From: a virus
Virus record (IMG/VR): IMGVR_UViG_3300021185_001174
Coordinates: 56,811-120,810 of that record
DNA: 64,000 nt
Strand: one strand, 5' to 3'
Part shown: positions 1-8,868 of the stretch, piece by piece
Numbering within the stretch: position 1 is the stretch's first letter
Layout: every line of letters begins with the position of its first letter
Position numbers and translations under genes: made by a program
The notes under the pieces: model-generated
The model's database searches: none
What the model saw: only the letters and a program-made list of their open reading frames with translations
Told to the model about the DNA's origin: nothing

Positions 1-499
1 TGTTTTTCTGTACTGATTTCCACATCTTCTCAACTTCTGGCTCTTTTAACTGTCTTGGTCTATTCTTATTTCTTTGTTGTGCAGTCTCTAAATCTGTATT
101 AACAAATATCATGTGTACTGCATAACCTATATCTCTTAACTGGTCCACACTTGCTTTAATTTTGGCATAGTCTTTACCAGTACCATCTATTACAACACCT
201 AACCTACCTTTTAAAGCAATCTCTAATTGTTTGCCTGTAAGTTTCTTTGCCTTATCTCTAAGAGCCTGGCCCTGGGCAGAATATATATCATCTGGCTCCA
301 TAGTAAGTCCTGCTTTAGTAAGTGCATTTTCATAGTTTGTATCAGAGTTTATAAGTTTAAACCCTAAAGATAATAAAGAAGTCTTACCAACTATAAATGA
401 TTTACCTGAACCAGGCCCACCGGCAAGGAATACTGCCTTAAATATAGATGGGTCATTTACACCTTCATCAATTTTAAAATGTTCTTTAAACCTTATCAT
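1..499 (-). CDS. P-loop kinase (Pnk/zeta-toxin-like); C-terminus runs off the window start
   Basis: Not in the ORF track; translated by hand. MIRFKEHFKIDEGVNDPSIFKAVFLAGGPGSGKS (Walker A), VVIDGTG, RNKNRPR. The ATG at 497-499 overlaps the TGA of the upstream gene. Confidence 0.85.
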   Translation of the reverse strand, partial: MIRFKEHFKIDEGVNDPSIFKAVFLAGGPGSGKSFIVGKTSLLSLGFKLINSDTNYENALTKAGLTMEPDDIYSAQGQALRDKAKKLTGKQLEIALKGRLGVVIDGTGKDYAKIKASVDQLRDIGYAVHMIFVNTDLETAQQRNKNRPRQLKEPEVEKMWKSVQKN

Positions 500-849
500 T
501 TCTTTAAATCGTACCTAAATGATTTATTTTTATCCTGGCCACTCTTAGTAATACCATACCCAGCAATCTTAGCTAGTTGTTGAAGTACTGGCCAATTCTT
601 TTCGGATTTCTTACTTCTATTATTCTTCAGCATGTCATTTTCTATTTTATTAAATAAAGTTTTAATCATATCCAAGTCATGCATGACCAATGGTGCTTCT
701 TCTAAGTCTTCACTTCGAGCTCTTCTGAAGTCTTGTTTAGTAGGCGCACCTTTTGAACCTGCCTTCCTCATTGGTCGGCCTTCTTTTCTTTTATTATGGA
801 TATTGGCCCAGAGACCATTTCCTTCCATGAAATCCTTAAAGTCGCTCAT
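496..849 (-). CDS. Small basic protein, putative internal head protein
   Basis: 117 aa ORF. N-terminus MSDFKDFME-G resembles the T4 capsid-targeting sequence; translationally coupled to neighbours. Confidence 0.7.
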   Translation of the reverse strand: MSDFKDFMEGNGLWANIHNKRKEGRPMRKAGSKGAPTKQDFRRARSEDLEEAPLVMHDLDMIKTLFNKIENDMLKNNRSKKSEKNWPVLQQLAKIAGYGITKSGQDKNKSFRYDLKK

Positions 850-2189
850 TTCTTTAATAGTCCCTTTGCTTTAATTCTATCATGGTATGTAAACTGATAG
901 TTCTTGCCATTCTTAGTATCTTTAACAATGTAAGTTGTTGGTGTCATCTTAGTAACTTTACCCATATACTTGGCACCATCAGCACGATAGTAATCTACTT
1001 CTGTACCAACTTTAATTGACTTCTTAGTTTCTGCGCCCATTCCGTGTTTTGCAAGAACTCTATAATTTTCTAGGAAGTTACTTACTATTTCTTTTCCCTT
1101 TGCTCTTGTTAGATAATGAGTATCTTCTTTCATATTTTCCTTTTCCCTTTCGTGTTTCTTTTTAAGAGTTTCTACTTCTTTGGCTTGTTTTAATGCAAGT
1201 TGTGCTTTCTCTTCTGGTCCAGGAGCTTCTTCCATGAATGACTTAATGTGCTTGATATCAATTTTCATCTTCTTAGATATCCATTGAGCTGACTTACCAG
1301 AATCAATATAACCTTGAAGTTCTTTTACTTTACCTTCTTCAACATTTTCAACATACCCTTTATCACCAGGCTTTTTATTATGATTAAAAACTTTCTTACC
1401 AAGTGGTGTAAGGTTACCCTTTTTATCATACATTTGGTTTACAAGTTTCTTTTCTGATGATGATAAACTTTGTTCTTTAATTCTGCCTTTGACTATATCT
1501 TCTAAGTCACGAGATAACCAATCAAAAAACTCATCGGGGTCATCACTTTTAATTTCATTGTTGTTCAATGCCCATTGAGTTAGGTCATCTTCCGCTTTCT
1601 TACCAGCAGAAGACATGAATGATAAATCACCAGTTTTGTATGCTTTTGTAAGTTCTCTTTTATGTTTTCTGAAGAGGTCTTTCATCTTTGCTTCTGATAT
1701 AACTTCTTCTTTAATCATCTTATCAACAGTCATGCCGCTTTTAAATTTACCACCTGACATTGCTTTAGGATACATTTTAGCAATTAAGTCATTATAACCT
1801 ACGAGTATGTTTAATATGTCAGATTGGATTTCTTTTGTTGAAATGCCTTTAATTACTTTCTTAACTGCACCGAGGTTGCCTTGAGCAAGTGCACGAGATA
1901 CTGCCTGATAGTCTTTCTGGTCTTGACCTGTTTCTTTCTTGGCAAGTCTTGCTACATTCTTAGTGGCTAGAGTTAGGTCTTGATTATAATCTTCATTAAC
2001 TGATTCATTAGCCTGTTTTAATGCATCTGCAACAATAGGGTCATCCGCAAGACCTCTTTTCATCGCCTCAATCTTTTTATAGGCTCCGGTCATGTTACCA
2101 CCCATATCGATTGCAATTTTAACTGCCGCCGCTACCAGAGAAGCTGGATATTTACTTCTATACTTCTCTCTTAATTGTTTAAATTTCAT
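846..2189 (-). CDS. Modular Lys/Glu-rich protein, putative internal head polyprotein
   Basis: 447 aa ORF starting MKFKQLRE-K, with repeated hydrophobic-x-E junctions (SVNE, MIKE, VISE, RIKE, NVEE, FMEE, NMKE). Confidence 0.7.
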   Translation of the reverse strand: MKFKQLREKYRSKYPASLVAAAVKIAIDMGGNMTGAYKKIEAMKRGLADDPIVADALKQANESVNEDYNQDLTLATKNVARLAKKETGQDQKDYQAVSRALAQGNLGAVKKVIKGISTKEIQSDILNILVGYNDLIAKMYPKAMSGGKFKSGMTVDKMIKEEVISEAKMKDLFRKHKRELTKAYKTGDLSFMSSAGKKAEDDLTQWALNNNEIKSDDPDEFFDWLSRDLEDIVKGRIKEQSLSSSEKKLVNQMYDKKGNLTPLGKKVFNHNKKPGDKGYVENVEEGKVKELQGYIDSGKSAQWISKKMKIDIKHIKSFMEEAPGPEEKAQLALKQAKEVETLKKKHEREKENMKEDTHYLTRAKGKEIVSNFLENYRVLAKHGMGAETKKSIKVGTEVDYYRADGAKYMGKVTKMTPTTYIVKDTKNGKNYQFTYHDRIKAKGLLKK

Positions 2190-2203
2190 TTGTTAGTTTC
2201 CTC

Positions 2204-3466
2204 TTATTTTACTTTAGCGGCTAAGTCTTTATCTGCCTTACCCCATGTTCCTGATGATTTGGTTACAAAAGAATTGACTCTTGCTAACCCCCATTGTGTT
2301 GGATTAGTTCCTGGCCTATGGCCTGTTCTCCAAGCCGCAAATCCTCTATCAAATACTTTTCTTAATATGGCTAATGGCATACCTGACTTATCTGCTTTCT
2401 TTTTAAGAGCATCATCAGCCTTACCTTCATTAACTACATAATCTTCAAAACTTAAATGTTTGGCCATTTCTCCGTACATATCTTTATATTTCTTAGTATG
2501 TTTTGATGGCTTTGTTTTTGCTCTTGCATCTCCAGGAGCTGGTTTATATGCGGCTGGATTATTATCATCCTTTTCAGCACCCTTCTTAAAGTGGGCTTTT
2601 CTTTTGGCTGATGTTGACTTTGCAAGACCAGAGTAATAGTTAGTACCCTCAGCTTGTTCTACTTGTTCCAACCAGACTTTCTTATTACCCTTAGGGAAAG
2701 CTACTGTAAGATAATTCGCACCTTTAGTGATAATCTTACCCTTCTCTTGATTTTCTTTTAGTCTAACTGTATCACCAACATTAAACAAGTCACCTAAAAT
2801 AAACTGTTCTCTTGTTTCTGATACAGTCGGTAGTTCTATATGAGACCTAAAGCTTTTCTCTTCTTTAAGGCCCATCCCTTTTCTCACTGCATTAAATAAC
2901 TCAGCTGAACCAGTATAACCACTTGGAAGACCACTAGAAAATGTTTGTAAATCCCCTTCTGCGGCCGCTGCTCTCATTTTAGAGGCTGACATTCCTGTTA
3001 CACCTTCTGCATCTGGGTCTCTTTGCCCTGCAGAGAGTACTTTAATAGTTCCTTCAAATTGATAGAAGCCATGTCTTGCCTGAACACCATTATATTTGTT
3101 TAGTAAGATTTCAAATTCTTTTACTCTATCTGAACCTGCAACCATTGACATCTTAGTAAAACCTTGGTCATATAACTTAGTTGCGATTTCAATTATAGTA
3201 CGCACGTCGCCGTCTGCCATGATACTTCTGGCATGTCTAGGAAACATTTTTCTTAGGAACTTAATCTTGTCTTTAAATTTAAGAGGATTCTTTTTAGGGT
3301 CTTGGGATTGTGATGCGTATATTCTATATGCACCTCCACGTGATACCTTTTTAAGAGTTTCAAAAAGTTTTTCGTGGCCTGTAGTCGGCGGATTAAATCT
3401 ACCAAATACTACGGTTATTTCTTTTGATGCTTCGACTATATAGTCGCTAAAGTTTTTGACTTTCAT
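2204..3466 (-). CDS. HxGH-family nucleotidyltransferase (cytidylyl/NMN-adenylyltransferase-like) fused to additional small domains
   Basis: VVFGRFNPPTTGHEKL motif and SASKMR motif. Followed by a KOW/SH3-like segment and a C-terminal DRGFAAWRTGHRPG domain. Confidence 0.8.
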   Translation of the reverse strand: MKVKNFSDYIVEASKEITVVFGRFNPPTTGHEKLFETLKKVSRGGAYRIYASQSQDPKKNPLKFKDKIKFLRKMFPRHARSIMADGDVRTIIEIATKLYDQGFTKMSMVAGSDRVKEFEILLNKYNGVQARHGFYQFEGTIKVLSAGQRDPDAEGVTGMSASKMRAAAAEGDLQTFSSGLPSGYTGSAELFNAVRKGMGLKEEKSFRSHIELPTVSETREQFILGDLFNVGDTVRLKENQEKGKIITKGANYLTVAFPKGNKKVWLEQVEQAEGTNYYSGLAKSTSAKRKAHFKKGAEKDDNNPAAYKPAPGDARAKTKPSKHTKKYKDMYGEMAKHLSFEDYVVNEGKADDALKKKADKSGMPLAILRKVFDRGFAAWRTGHRPGTNPTQWGLARVNSFVTKSSGTWGKADKDLAAKVK

Positions 3467-3483
3467 TTATCCCTGGTTCCCAT

Positions 3484-4728
3484 TTAGTTAGGACTATCCC
3501 AACCTTTAATTATATCTTTACTGAAGTTGTTGTAGGAGAATTCTAACCTATCAACTAACTTAACAGCGCCACCTTCCATTCTATCTATAGCAACAAAACC
3601 TTCTTGGTTGGTTACCTTAAATCCGGATTTAGTCTTGACAAAGGTATTAATTTTATTAAGACTATTAAGTTTATTTATAAGAATTAATTTACTATTTACA
3701 ACAAAATTCTGTAAATCGAAGATTAATTTTAGGTTCTTTATATTACCTTTACTAAAGAATTTAAGTAATGCATCTCGTTTATCTACTTGAGTCTGTTTAC
3801 CTTTATCTGAACTTCTTTTATCAATCTCTTTTTGATACCTATTATTAATCCACATTACTAGTCCAGTGGCATGTTTCTTAGTATCTGTAATTCTTTGGCC
3901 TTCTCTCACCTTGGAATTATTATATACATTTAATAACATATTTAATTCCGAATTGGACTCTAACTCTTTTAATGTAGTAGATGCGATTTGTTTAAATACT
4001 TTACCAGCACCTGAAAGATTTTTATTTAGTTCTTCTGTTTCTGCTTTAGTAAGAGTTGCAGTACCAGAAAGGTCAGGTAATGTTGCATCTTGCATCCATA
4101 TATCTTTTGACTTCTTTAACTTAGGTACTATCTCTTTACCAAACTCTGCTCTCATTGTCTCAAACGTTGCTCCACTATACGTTGTATGCCAAACAATTCC
4201 AATCTTAGCTGCTCCAATCTCCTTAGCGAGAGCACTATCAGTAGGTACTGCGTAAGCGATAGTGTTAGGATGAAACACAATATGACTAACTCCATTAATC
4301 TTCTCCTTTTTAAGGTCTGACTTATCGAACATAAAGTCGCCCTGTATAACCCCTTTGATTCCTATATTCTGTAAAGTATCGAAAGCCATAATAAGTTTTT
4401 TACTTAAGTCGCCTGATGTATCTGCTTTAATATCTTCATGTGACTTATAGATTTTAGGATTCGCATTGAAGATACCTTTTTTAGCAACAAAGAATTCTCC
4501 TGTCTCTGGGTGTTCTCCAGCAAACACGGCGGGGGCTCCGTCCCATTTCACGGTAACATCCACTGGTGCTTTGGTGTTACCTGAAAGCATATCCCTTAGA
4601 CTTCTAAGCGCTAGGATTGCTTGGCGAGCCCCCTTGACCCCACCATCTATAATTAGGTCTTCAATGTGGGTCATATGAGTATTCTTTGTTGCTTCATGCA
4701 ATGGAGTATAGCTAGTTAATCGTTTCAT
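3484..4728 (-). CDS. Conserved T4-like phage protein with covalent nucleotidyltransferase (RNA-ligase-like) motifs
   Basis: 414 aa. TVKWDGAP (motif I), IQGDFMF (III), QEGFVAI (IV) and VKLVD (V) occur in canonical order. Confidence 0.6.
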   Translation of the reverse strand: MKRLTSYTPLHEATKNTHMTHIEDLIIDGGVKGARQAILALRSLRDMLSGNTKAPVDVTVKWDGAPAVFAGEHPETGEFFVAKKGIFNANPKIYKSHEDIKADTSGDLSKKLIMAFDTLQNIGIKGVIQGDFMFDKSDLKKEKINGVSHIVFHPNTIAYAVPTDSALAKEIGAAKIGIVWHTTYSGATFETMRAEFGKEIVPKLKKSKDIWMQDATLPDLSGTATLTKAETEELNKNLSGAGKVFKQIASTTLKELESNSELNMLLNVYNNSKVREGQRITDTKKHATGLVMWINNRYQKEIDKRSSDKGKQTQVDKRDALLKFFSKGNIKNLKLIFDLQNFVVNSKLILINKLNSLNKINTFVKTKSGFKVTNQEGFVAIDRMEGGAVKLVDRLEFSYNNFSKDIIKGWDSPN

Positions 4729-6185
4729 TTATATAACCTCTTAAAGTCTTCCGTCATCATTGCATTAAAATTAGGTGCACTTGAAAAGTTGCCTTTATAT
4801 CTTAATATAATATTACATACTGCAACTGGGCCAATGAATAAAGTAAACTTTAAATTGGCGGCTCCAGAGCCTGGGTCAAATGCTTGTTTTGCACCTGGAG
4901 TATATTTCATTAATGGTTTGCCTTGAGAAAATAAATCATCTAGTTTACTTGATACTGAATCAATGTCTTTATACTCTCCGCCTTCTACTACAACACCTTT
5001 CTTAGGGCCGTAATCTCCAACGCCTGTAACTAGTGCAAAATCGAAATTAACTTTTTGTAATTCTTTTAAGTCGGACTTAAATATTAATTGAACTAGAATA
5101 TTTGAGAATAAGTCTGACTTGGATAATATTGTTTCACCCATCATTTTAAATAATGTTCTTTTACCTTTTAATACTCTATTAATAAGGTCATTGGGAATTC
5201 TATTAACATACTTTTTCCAGTTCTTAGTATTTACTGGATTCTTGTTAAGGTCATCAAATAAGTCATCAGACATCATATCAGGATATCTTTTTCTTAGTCT
5301 CTGAGCCAGTTTAATTACATGCACATAAAATCTACCTGCATCTAATTCTACATCTTCTTTTAATTTTTTAAGTTTCGGTTCATTAAGTAGCTTTGTAAAT
5401 GATTTATTAATAAGGGTTGGGTCTTCTTCTGTAACCCTTTTCTTTTTCTTTAAAGATACTCCTAGAAATTTATTACCTTTCTTAATAATAAAGTCAGATG
5501 AATTAAAATCTTGCATTCCATATTTTGACATTTGGAATTGTTTTACATCTTTATCCCATGACTGACCAGTAAGATAAACCATATCAGCATTACCATATCC
5601 TGCGTCAATAATAACATTAGCGGCCGATACTGCCTTACATAAATTTGGATAATCTCCTTCAAGAGAATCCACTTGACTCTGTTTATAACCTTTAACTTTC
5701 TTTAATTGAGCTCTTACCAATTGAATCATTGCATCCATTTCATCAGAATTAGTAATTTTATGTTTTGATGGGAAGAGACATAATGCAGCAGTCATAAGCT
5801 CATGAGGGTCATCACCTAAAGAACTACGGCCACCCATTGGTCTAGCATTTACATAGATTGCTTTATCCATATCTTTATGTTTAAAGTAATAATCTTTTTC
5901 TGCTCTGGCACCTGATATCTTAATAAGTTCTAAATTTGGTTCTTTTTCAATAATTTCTCTAGCGAGTGTAGAGAATGTTCTTCTGTTCTTATCTGGCATT
6001 AATTGAGAAATACCAATCTTCTTTGAATTTGATTTACCAGACCTGAGGTCTAATTCAACTTCAGTATCTACAGATGAAATTGCATCATCTATGGCCTGTA
6101 CCAACTTTACTGCATTCAGATTATCGTCAGTAGTTGAAAGAGTATCGAGTTCCTCTGTCATAAAACTGTTTTTAAATCTTATCAT
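4725..6185 (-). CDS. Putative PD-(D/E)xK-fold nuclease
   Basis: 486 aa. HELMTA ... SSDFIIK ... GVSLKK pattern (E / D / SxK variant). Confidence 0.5.
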   Translation of the reverse strand: MIRFKNSFMTEELDTLSTTDDNLNAVKLVQAIDDAISSVDTEVELDLRSGKSNSKKIGISQLMPDKNRRTFSTLAREIIEKEPNLELIKISGARAEKDYYFKHKDMDKAIYVNARPMGGRSSLGDDPHELMTAALCLFPSKHKITNSDEMDAMIQLVRAQLKKVKGYKQSQVDSLEGDYPNLCKAVSAANVIIDAGYGNADMVYLTGQSWDKDVKQFQMSKYGMQDFNSSDFIIKKGNKFLGVSLKKKKRVTEEDPTLINKSFTKLLNEPKLKKLKEDVELDAGRFYVHVIKLAQRLRKRYPDMMSDDLFDDLNKNPVNTKNWKKYVNRIPNDLINRVLKGKRTLFKMMGETILSKSDLFSNILVQLIFKSDLKELQKVNFDFALVTGVGDYGPKKGVVVEGGEYKDIDSVSSKLDDLFSQGKPLMKYTPGAKQAFDPGSGAANLKFTLFIGPVAVCNIILRYKGNFSSAPNFNAMMTEDFKRLYK

Positions 6186-6213
6186 ATTATCTCCGTTATT
6201 AGTTTATAAAGTT

Positions 6214-6242
6214 AGTATACTACAGAACCATTGGTTTGTAAA
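6214..6242 (-). promoter_or_regulatory. Early sigma70-type promoter
   Basis: TTTACA-N17-TATACT on the minus strand, with GTAG before the -10 as in the other copies. Confidence 0.7.
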
Positions 6243-6255
6243 GTTTTATTATAAC

Positions 6256-6263
6256 TATTTATA
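6256..6263 (-). promoter_or_regulatory. T4-type late promoter (gp55)
   Basis: TATAAATA, intergenic, about 70 bp upstream of the 6185 start. Confidence 0.75.
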
Positions 6264-6275
6264 ATATTTGGAGAC

Positions 6276-6443
6276 CTAGTTATTAGAGCTTCCTGTTGAA
6301 ATATTACCCTCATCGTCCACTTTAATTACTTTTATTTTAAGAAGTTCCTTTAAAGTGCCCTCACATCCATTCTTTACCCCTAGGTTATAAGATGTATAAC
6401 TACATCCCATAAGGCAAAGCATGATTATAATATATTCTAGCAT
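6276..6443 (-). CDS. Small membrane protein (55 aa)
   Basis: Hand translation MLEYIIIMLCLMGCSYTSYNLGVKNG...; hydrophobic N-terminus; overlaps the upstream stop. Confidence 0.6.
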   Translation of the reverse strand: MLEYIIIMLCLMGCSYTSYNLGVKNGCEGTLKELLKIKVIKVDDEGNISTGSSNN

Positions 6444-6601
6444 TCTACAGCCTCTATTGTTGAGTGATAACCTTTATATTTCATATCTTTTTGAAAAAGT
6501 TTAGCTTCTCTTTCATCTGCAAAAATATATTCTGCAACTACTTTGCCCCCGCCCTTTTCTTGGGCGAGAACTTTCCAACTTGTAATCTTGATTGATTCCA
6601 T
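6437..6601 (-). CDS. Hypothetical protein (54 aa)
   Basis: Hand translation MESIKITSWKVLAQEKGGGKVVAEYIF...; tightly packed with neighbours. Confidence 0.6.
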   Translation of the reverse strand: MESIKITSWKVLAQEKGGGKVVAEYIFADEREAKLFQKDMKYKGYHSTIEAVEC

Positions 6602-6828
6602 TACACTAGTTCCAAGAAATCATCAAACATGCCTGGGTTATCAGCAACAACTCTTTTAATGTTTTTCTTAATAGTAGCAACATCATCAGTGAAACCTGCC
6701 TGTTCTGCAGTTTCAATTCTTGTCTTTACTGTATCATAATCAAACTTGAAAGGGTCATCATAGATTGTTGGTCTCCATTGGATAGTAGAGTCCTTTTCAA
6801 TTCCTTTATATTTTAATTTACTTTTCAT
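6601..6828 (-). CDS. Hypothetical protein
   Basis: 75 aa ORF coupled to the ligase stop. Confidence 0.7.
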   Translation of the reverse strand: MKSKLKYKGIEKDSTIQWRPTIYDDPFKFDYDTVKTRIETAEQAGFTDDVATIKKNIKRVVADNPGMFDDFLELV

Positions 6829-8090
6829 AGTTTTTCTCCTGGGGCAAATCCCCTAAATGTTTTAAATCTTGGGAATCTTAATGAATAAGTCCCATCTTGG
6901 TTTTGTGAAATAGAGTCGGCTCTAATTTCCACCAACTGGCCTAATACAGCATCTTGGTCTTTCCAAATACTATCTCTAATCTTATCAGTTAAGCCACCAC
7001 CGACATTGACTTTAATATCAACATCTTCATCGTGTCCTGCACAAACTAGAGCACCTGTTGTTCCTTCGAACTTACCCTGACCTTCTTCAATACTTTCTAC
7101 TGTCAGAGTTACTTCTATAAATGGCTTGATTTTAAACCAAGCATTACTTCTTTTACATTCATATAAACCGTCTATTGGTTTAACCATAATTCCTTCATAG
7201 CCATTTTCTATGGCTTCTTTATTAATTTGCATGAATACATCATGGTCTTGTTCCAAATTAATAATCTCATAATCTACTGCTTTAATACAATCATCAAGAC
7301 CAAAAAGTACTTCATCCATATTAATCTTTCTATCATAACAGCCGTCTACTGAAACACCTGCATTGAATTCATCTATAGTAATCATATCAAAGAGAGCGAG
7401 ATAGGCATCATCTGTCTGTGCACCTTCTTTCCTATGTACTTGTTTCATTAGACTTGTAAAGTTATGACTCATAATCTCGCCATCGAATACCATTCCTTCG
7501 AACTGTGGCTGACTCAAGGCTTTTTCAATATGAGGGAAGTTAGAATAGACTTTACCATTCCTAGAATAGATAGTGGCCTTTCCCTTAAGTACTATGGTTA
7601 TGGCTCTTACACCATCATACTTGTACTCGATAAGGCAATCACCTTTCATGTGTTTATTGTTTTCACCATTCGTGGCCAACATGCAATGAAATCTTGGAAT
7701 CTCAAATCCAATTTTCTCACCTATCTTATTGATGGTCTTCTCTGATACGCCACATTTTAAATCTTTAAGGAGAATCCTACGATACCAGAAGTTCCACTCA
7801 TCCATGGTGGCTTTATCCATTGTTTCTTGTATCTCTTCTTTAGCCGCATTACCTGTCAGACATCTACATTGTAATGATAATGCTAGTTTCCAAAAATCAC
7901 TTGTCTCAAGCCCTGGACCATCCTTCTTAGAAATAGGTATCAATTTAACGCCGAATGTGTCAAAGGGATTGAGAGCAAGTTTTACTCCGTCTTGGAATTC
8001 TTTATTATCAATATATTGAGATACAACATCTTCTTTAAATAGCCTTGAGTTATCAGATTCAAGTTTTTCTATTATGTCCCAAGGTTTCAT
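6825..8090 (-). CDS. gp30: ATP-dependent DNA ligase
   Basis: EYKYDGVR, FDGEI, LFDMI, EGIMVK and WFKIK motifs; OB domain ending LRFPRF. Confidence 0.97.
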   Translation of the reverse strand: MKPWDIIEKLESDNSRLFKEDVVSQYIDNKEFQDGVKLALNPFDTFGVKLIPISKKDGPGLETSDFWKLALSLQCRCLTGNAAKEEIQETMDKATMDEWNFWYRRILLKDLKCGVSEKTINKIGEKIGFEIPRFHCMLATNGENNKHMKGDCLIEYKYDGVRAITIVLKGKATIYSRNGKVYSNFPHIEKALSQPQFEGMVFDGEIMSHNFTSLMKQVHRKEGAQTDDAYLALFDMITIDEFNAGVSVDGCYDRKINMDEVLFGLDDCIKAVDYEIINLEQDHDVFMQINKEAIENGYEGIMVKPIDGLYECKRSNAWFKIKPFIEVTLTVESIEEGQGKFEGTTGALVCAGHDEDVDIKVNVGGGLTDKIRDSIWKDQDAVLGQLVEIRADSISQNQDGTYSLRFPRFKTFRGFAPGEKL

Positions 8091-8296
8091 GCAGACTCCA
8101 TATATTTTTCTACTGGTTTTAATTCTATGAACTTGCGTCTCGACTTAGAGAACTGTTTCATAGGTGATTTAAATTGTTTATATTGTTTGGTTGATGTACT
8201 TCTAAAGCCAACTAAGTGTCCGTGTTCGTTTAGAATGTAAGTGTGGTTGAGGGTATTATCTTCCCATTTGGTTATTTCTTTAAAGGCTCTTAGCAT
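8087..8296 (-). CDS. Hypothetical early protein
   Basis: 69 aa ORF coupled to the ligase start. Confidence 0.7.
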   Translation of the reverse strand: MLRAFKEITKWEDNTLNHTYILNEHGHLVGFRSTSTKQYKQFKSPMKQFSKSRRKFIELKPVEKYMESA

Positions 8297-8446
8297 TTAA
8301 ACTCCGTGGGTCATATGTTCGTAATTGTCTGGACATCCTTCTAGTGGAGCACCACAAGCACAAGTTTCTTCTTCCTCTTTGGTTGGTGCACCCACGAGAG
8401 CCCTTACTTCGGCCTCGGTAGTTGGGAATAGTTCTATCTGTTTCAT
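8297..8446 (-). CDS. Hypothetical early protein (49 aa, Cys-rich C-terminus)
   Basis: Hand translation MKQIELFPTTEAEVRALVGAPTKEEEETCACGAPLEGCPDNYEHMTHGV; GGAG RBS; directly after a promoter. Confidence 0.65.
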   Translation of the reverse strand: MKQIELFPTTEAEVRALVGAPTKEEEETCACGAPLEGCPDNYEHMTHGV

Positions 8447-8470
8447 AATATATCTCCTTTTAATAAGTTA

Positions 8471-8499
8471 ATTATACTACACTTTAGGTATAAAGTAAA
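8471..8499 (-). promoter_or_regulatory. Early promoter
   Basis: TTTACT-N17-TATAAT. Confidence 0.85.
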
Positions 8500-8523
8500 G
8501 TGTTTTGTTAAATTATTTTTCAC

Positions 8524-8868
8524 TTATACAGCCCCTGTCCATCTGATTGTATAATCCTCGAAGATATTACCTCTTGCGAAGTTAGTAGCTGGAGCGGCCC
8601 ATGATTTAGCCATTAAGATATCTCCTTCTTTAAAACCTTTAGTAGGTTTAGCTACAATGAATGAATGAGTTGAATTACCAGTACTGACTTTGATATAGTT
8701 TCTACCAGCCTTATAAGAAAGACTTTCACAAAAATCATCAAACATTTGGTCTTTAACTTTACTACAACCATCTTTGCATCCATCTTGCCATCTGTGATAG
8801 TCAGCTTTAATCTTGGTAAGATAATTACCTAGCTCTTGTACGTTTTGTTCGTGGAATTTGTTTTTCAT
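8524..8868 (-). CDS. Conserved hypothetical early protein
   Basis: 114 aa with GDILMAKSWAAPA; has its own promoter and GGAG RBS. Confidence 0.8.
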   Translation of the reverse strand: MKNKFHEQNVQELGNYLTKIKADYHRWQDGCKDGCSKVKDQMFDDFCESLSYKAGRNYIKVSTGNSTHSFIVAKPTKGFKEGDILMAKSWAAPATNFARGNIFEDYTIRWTGAV

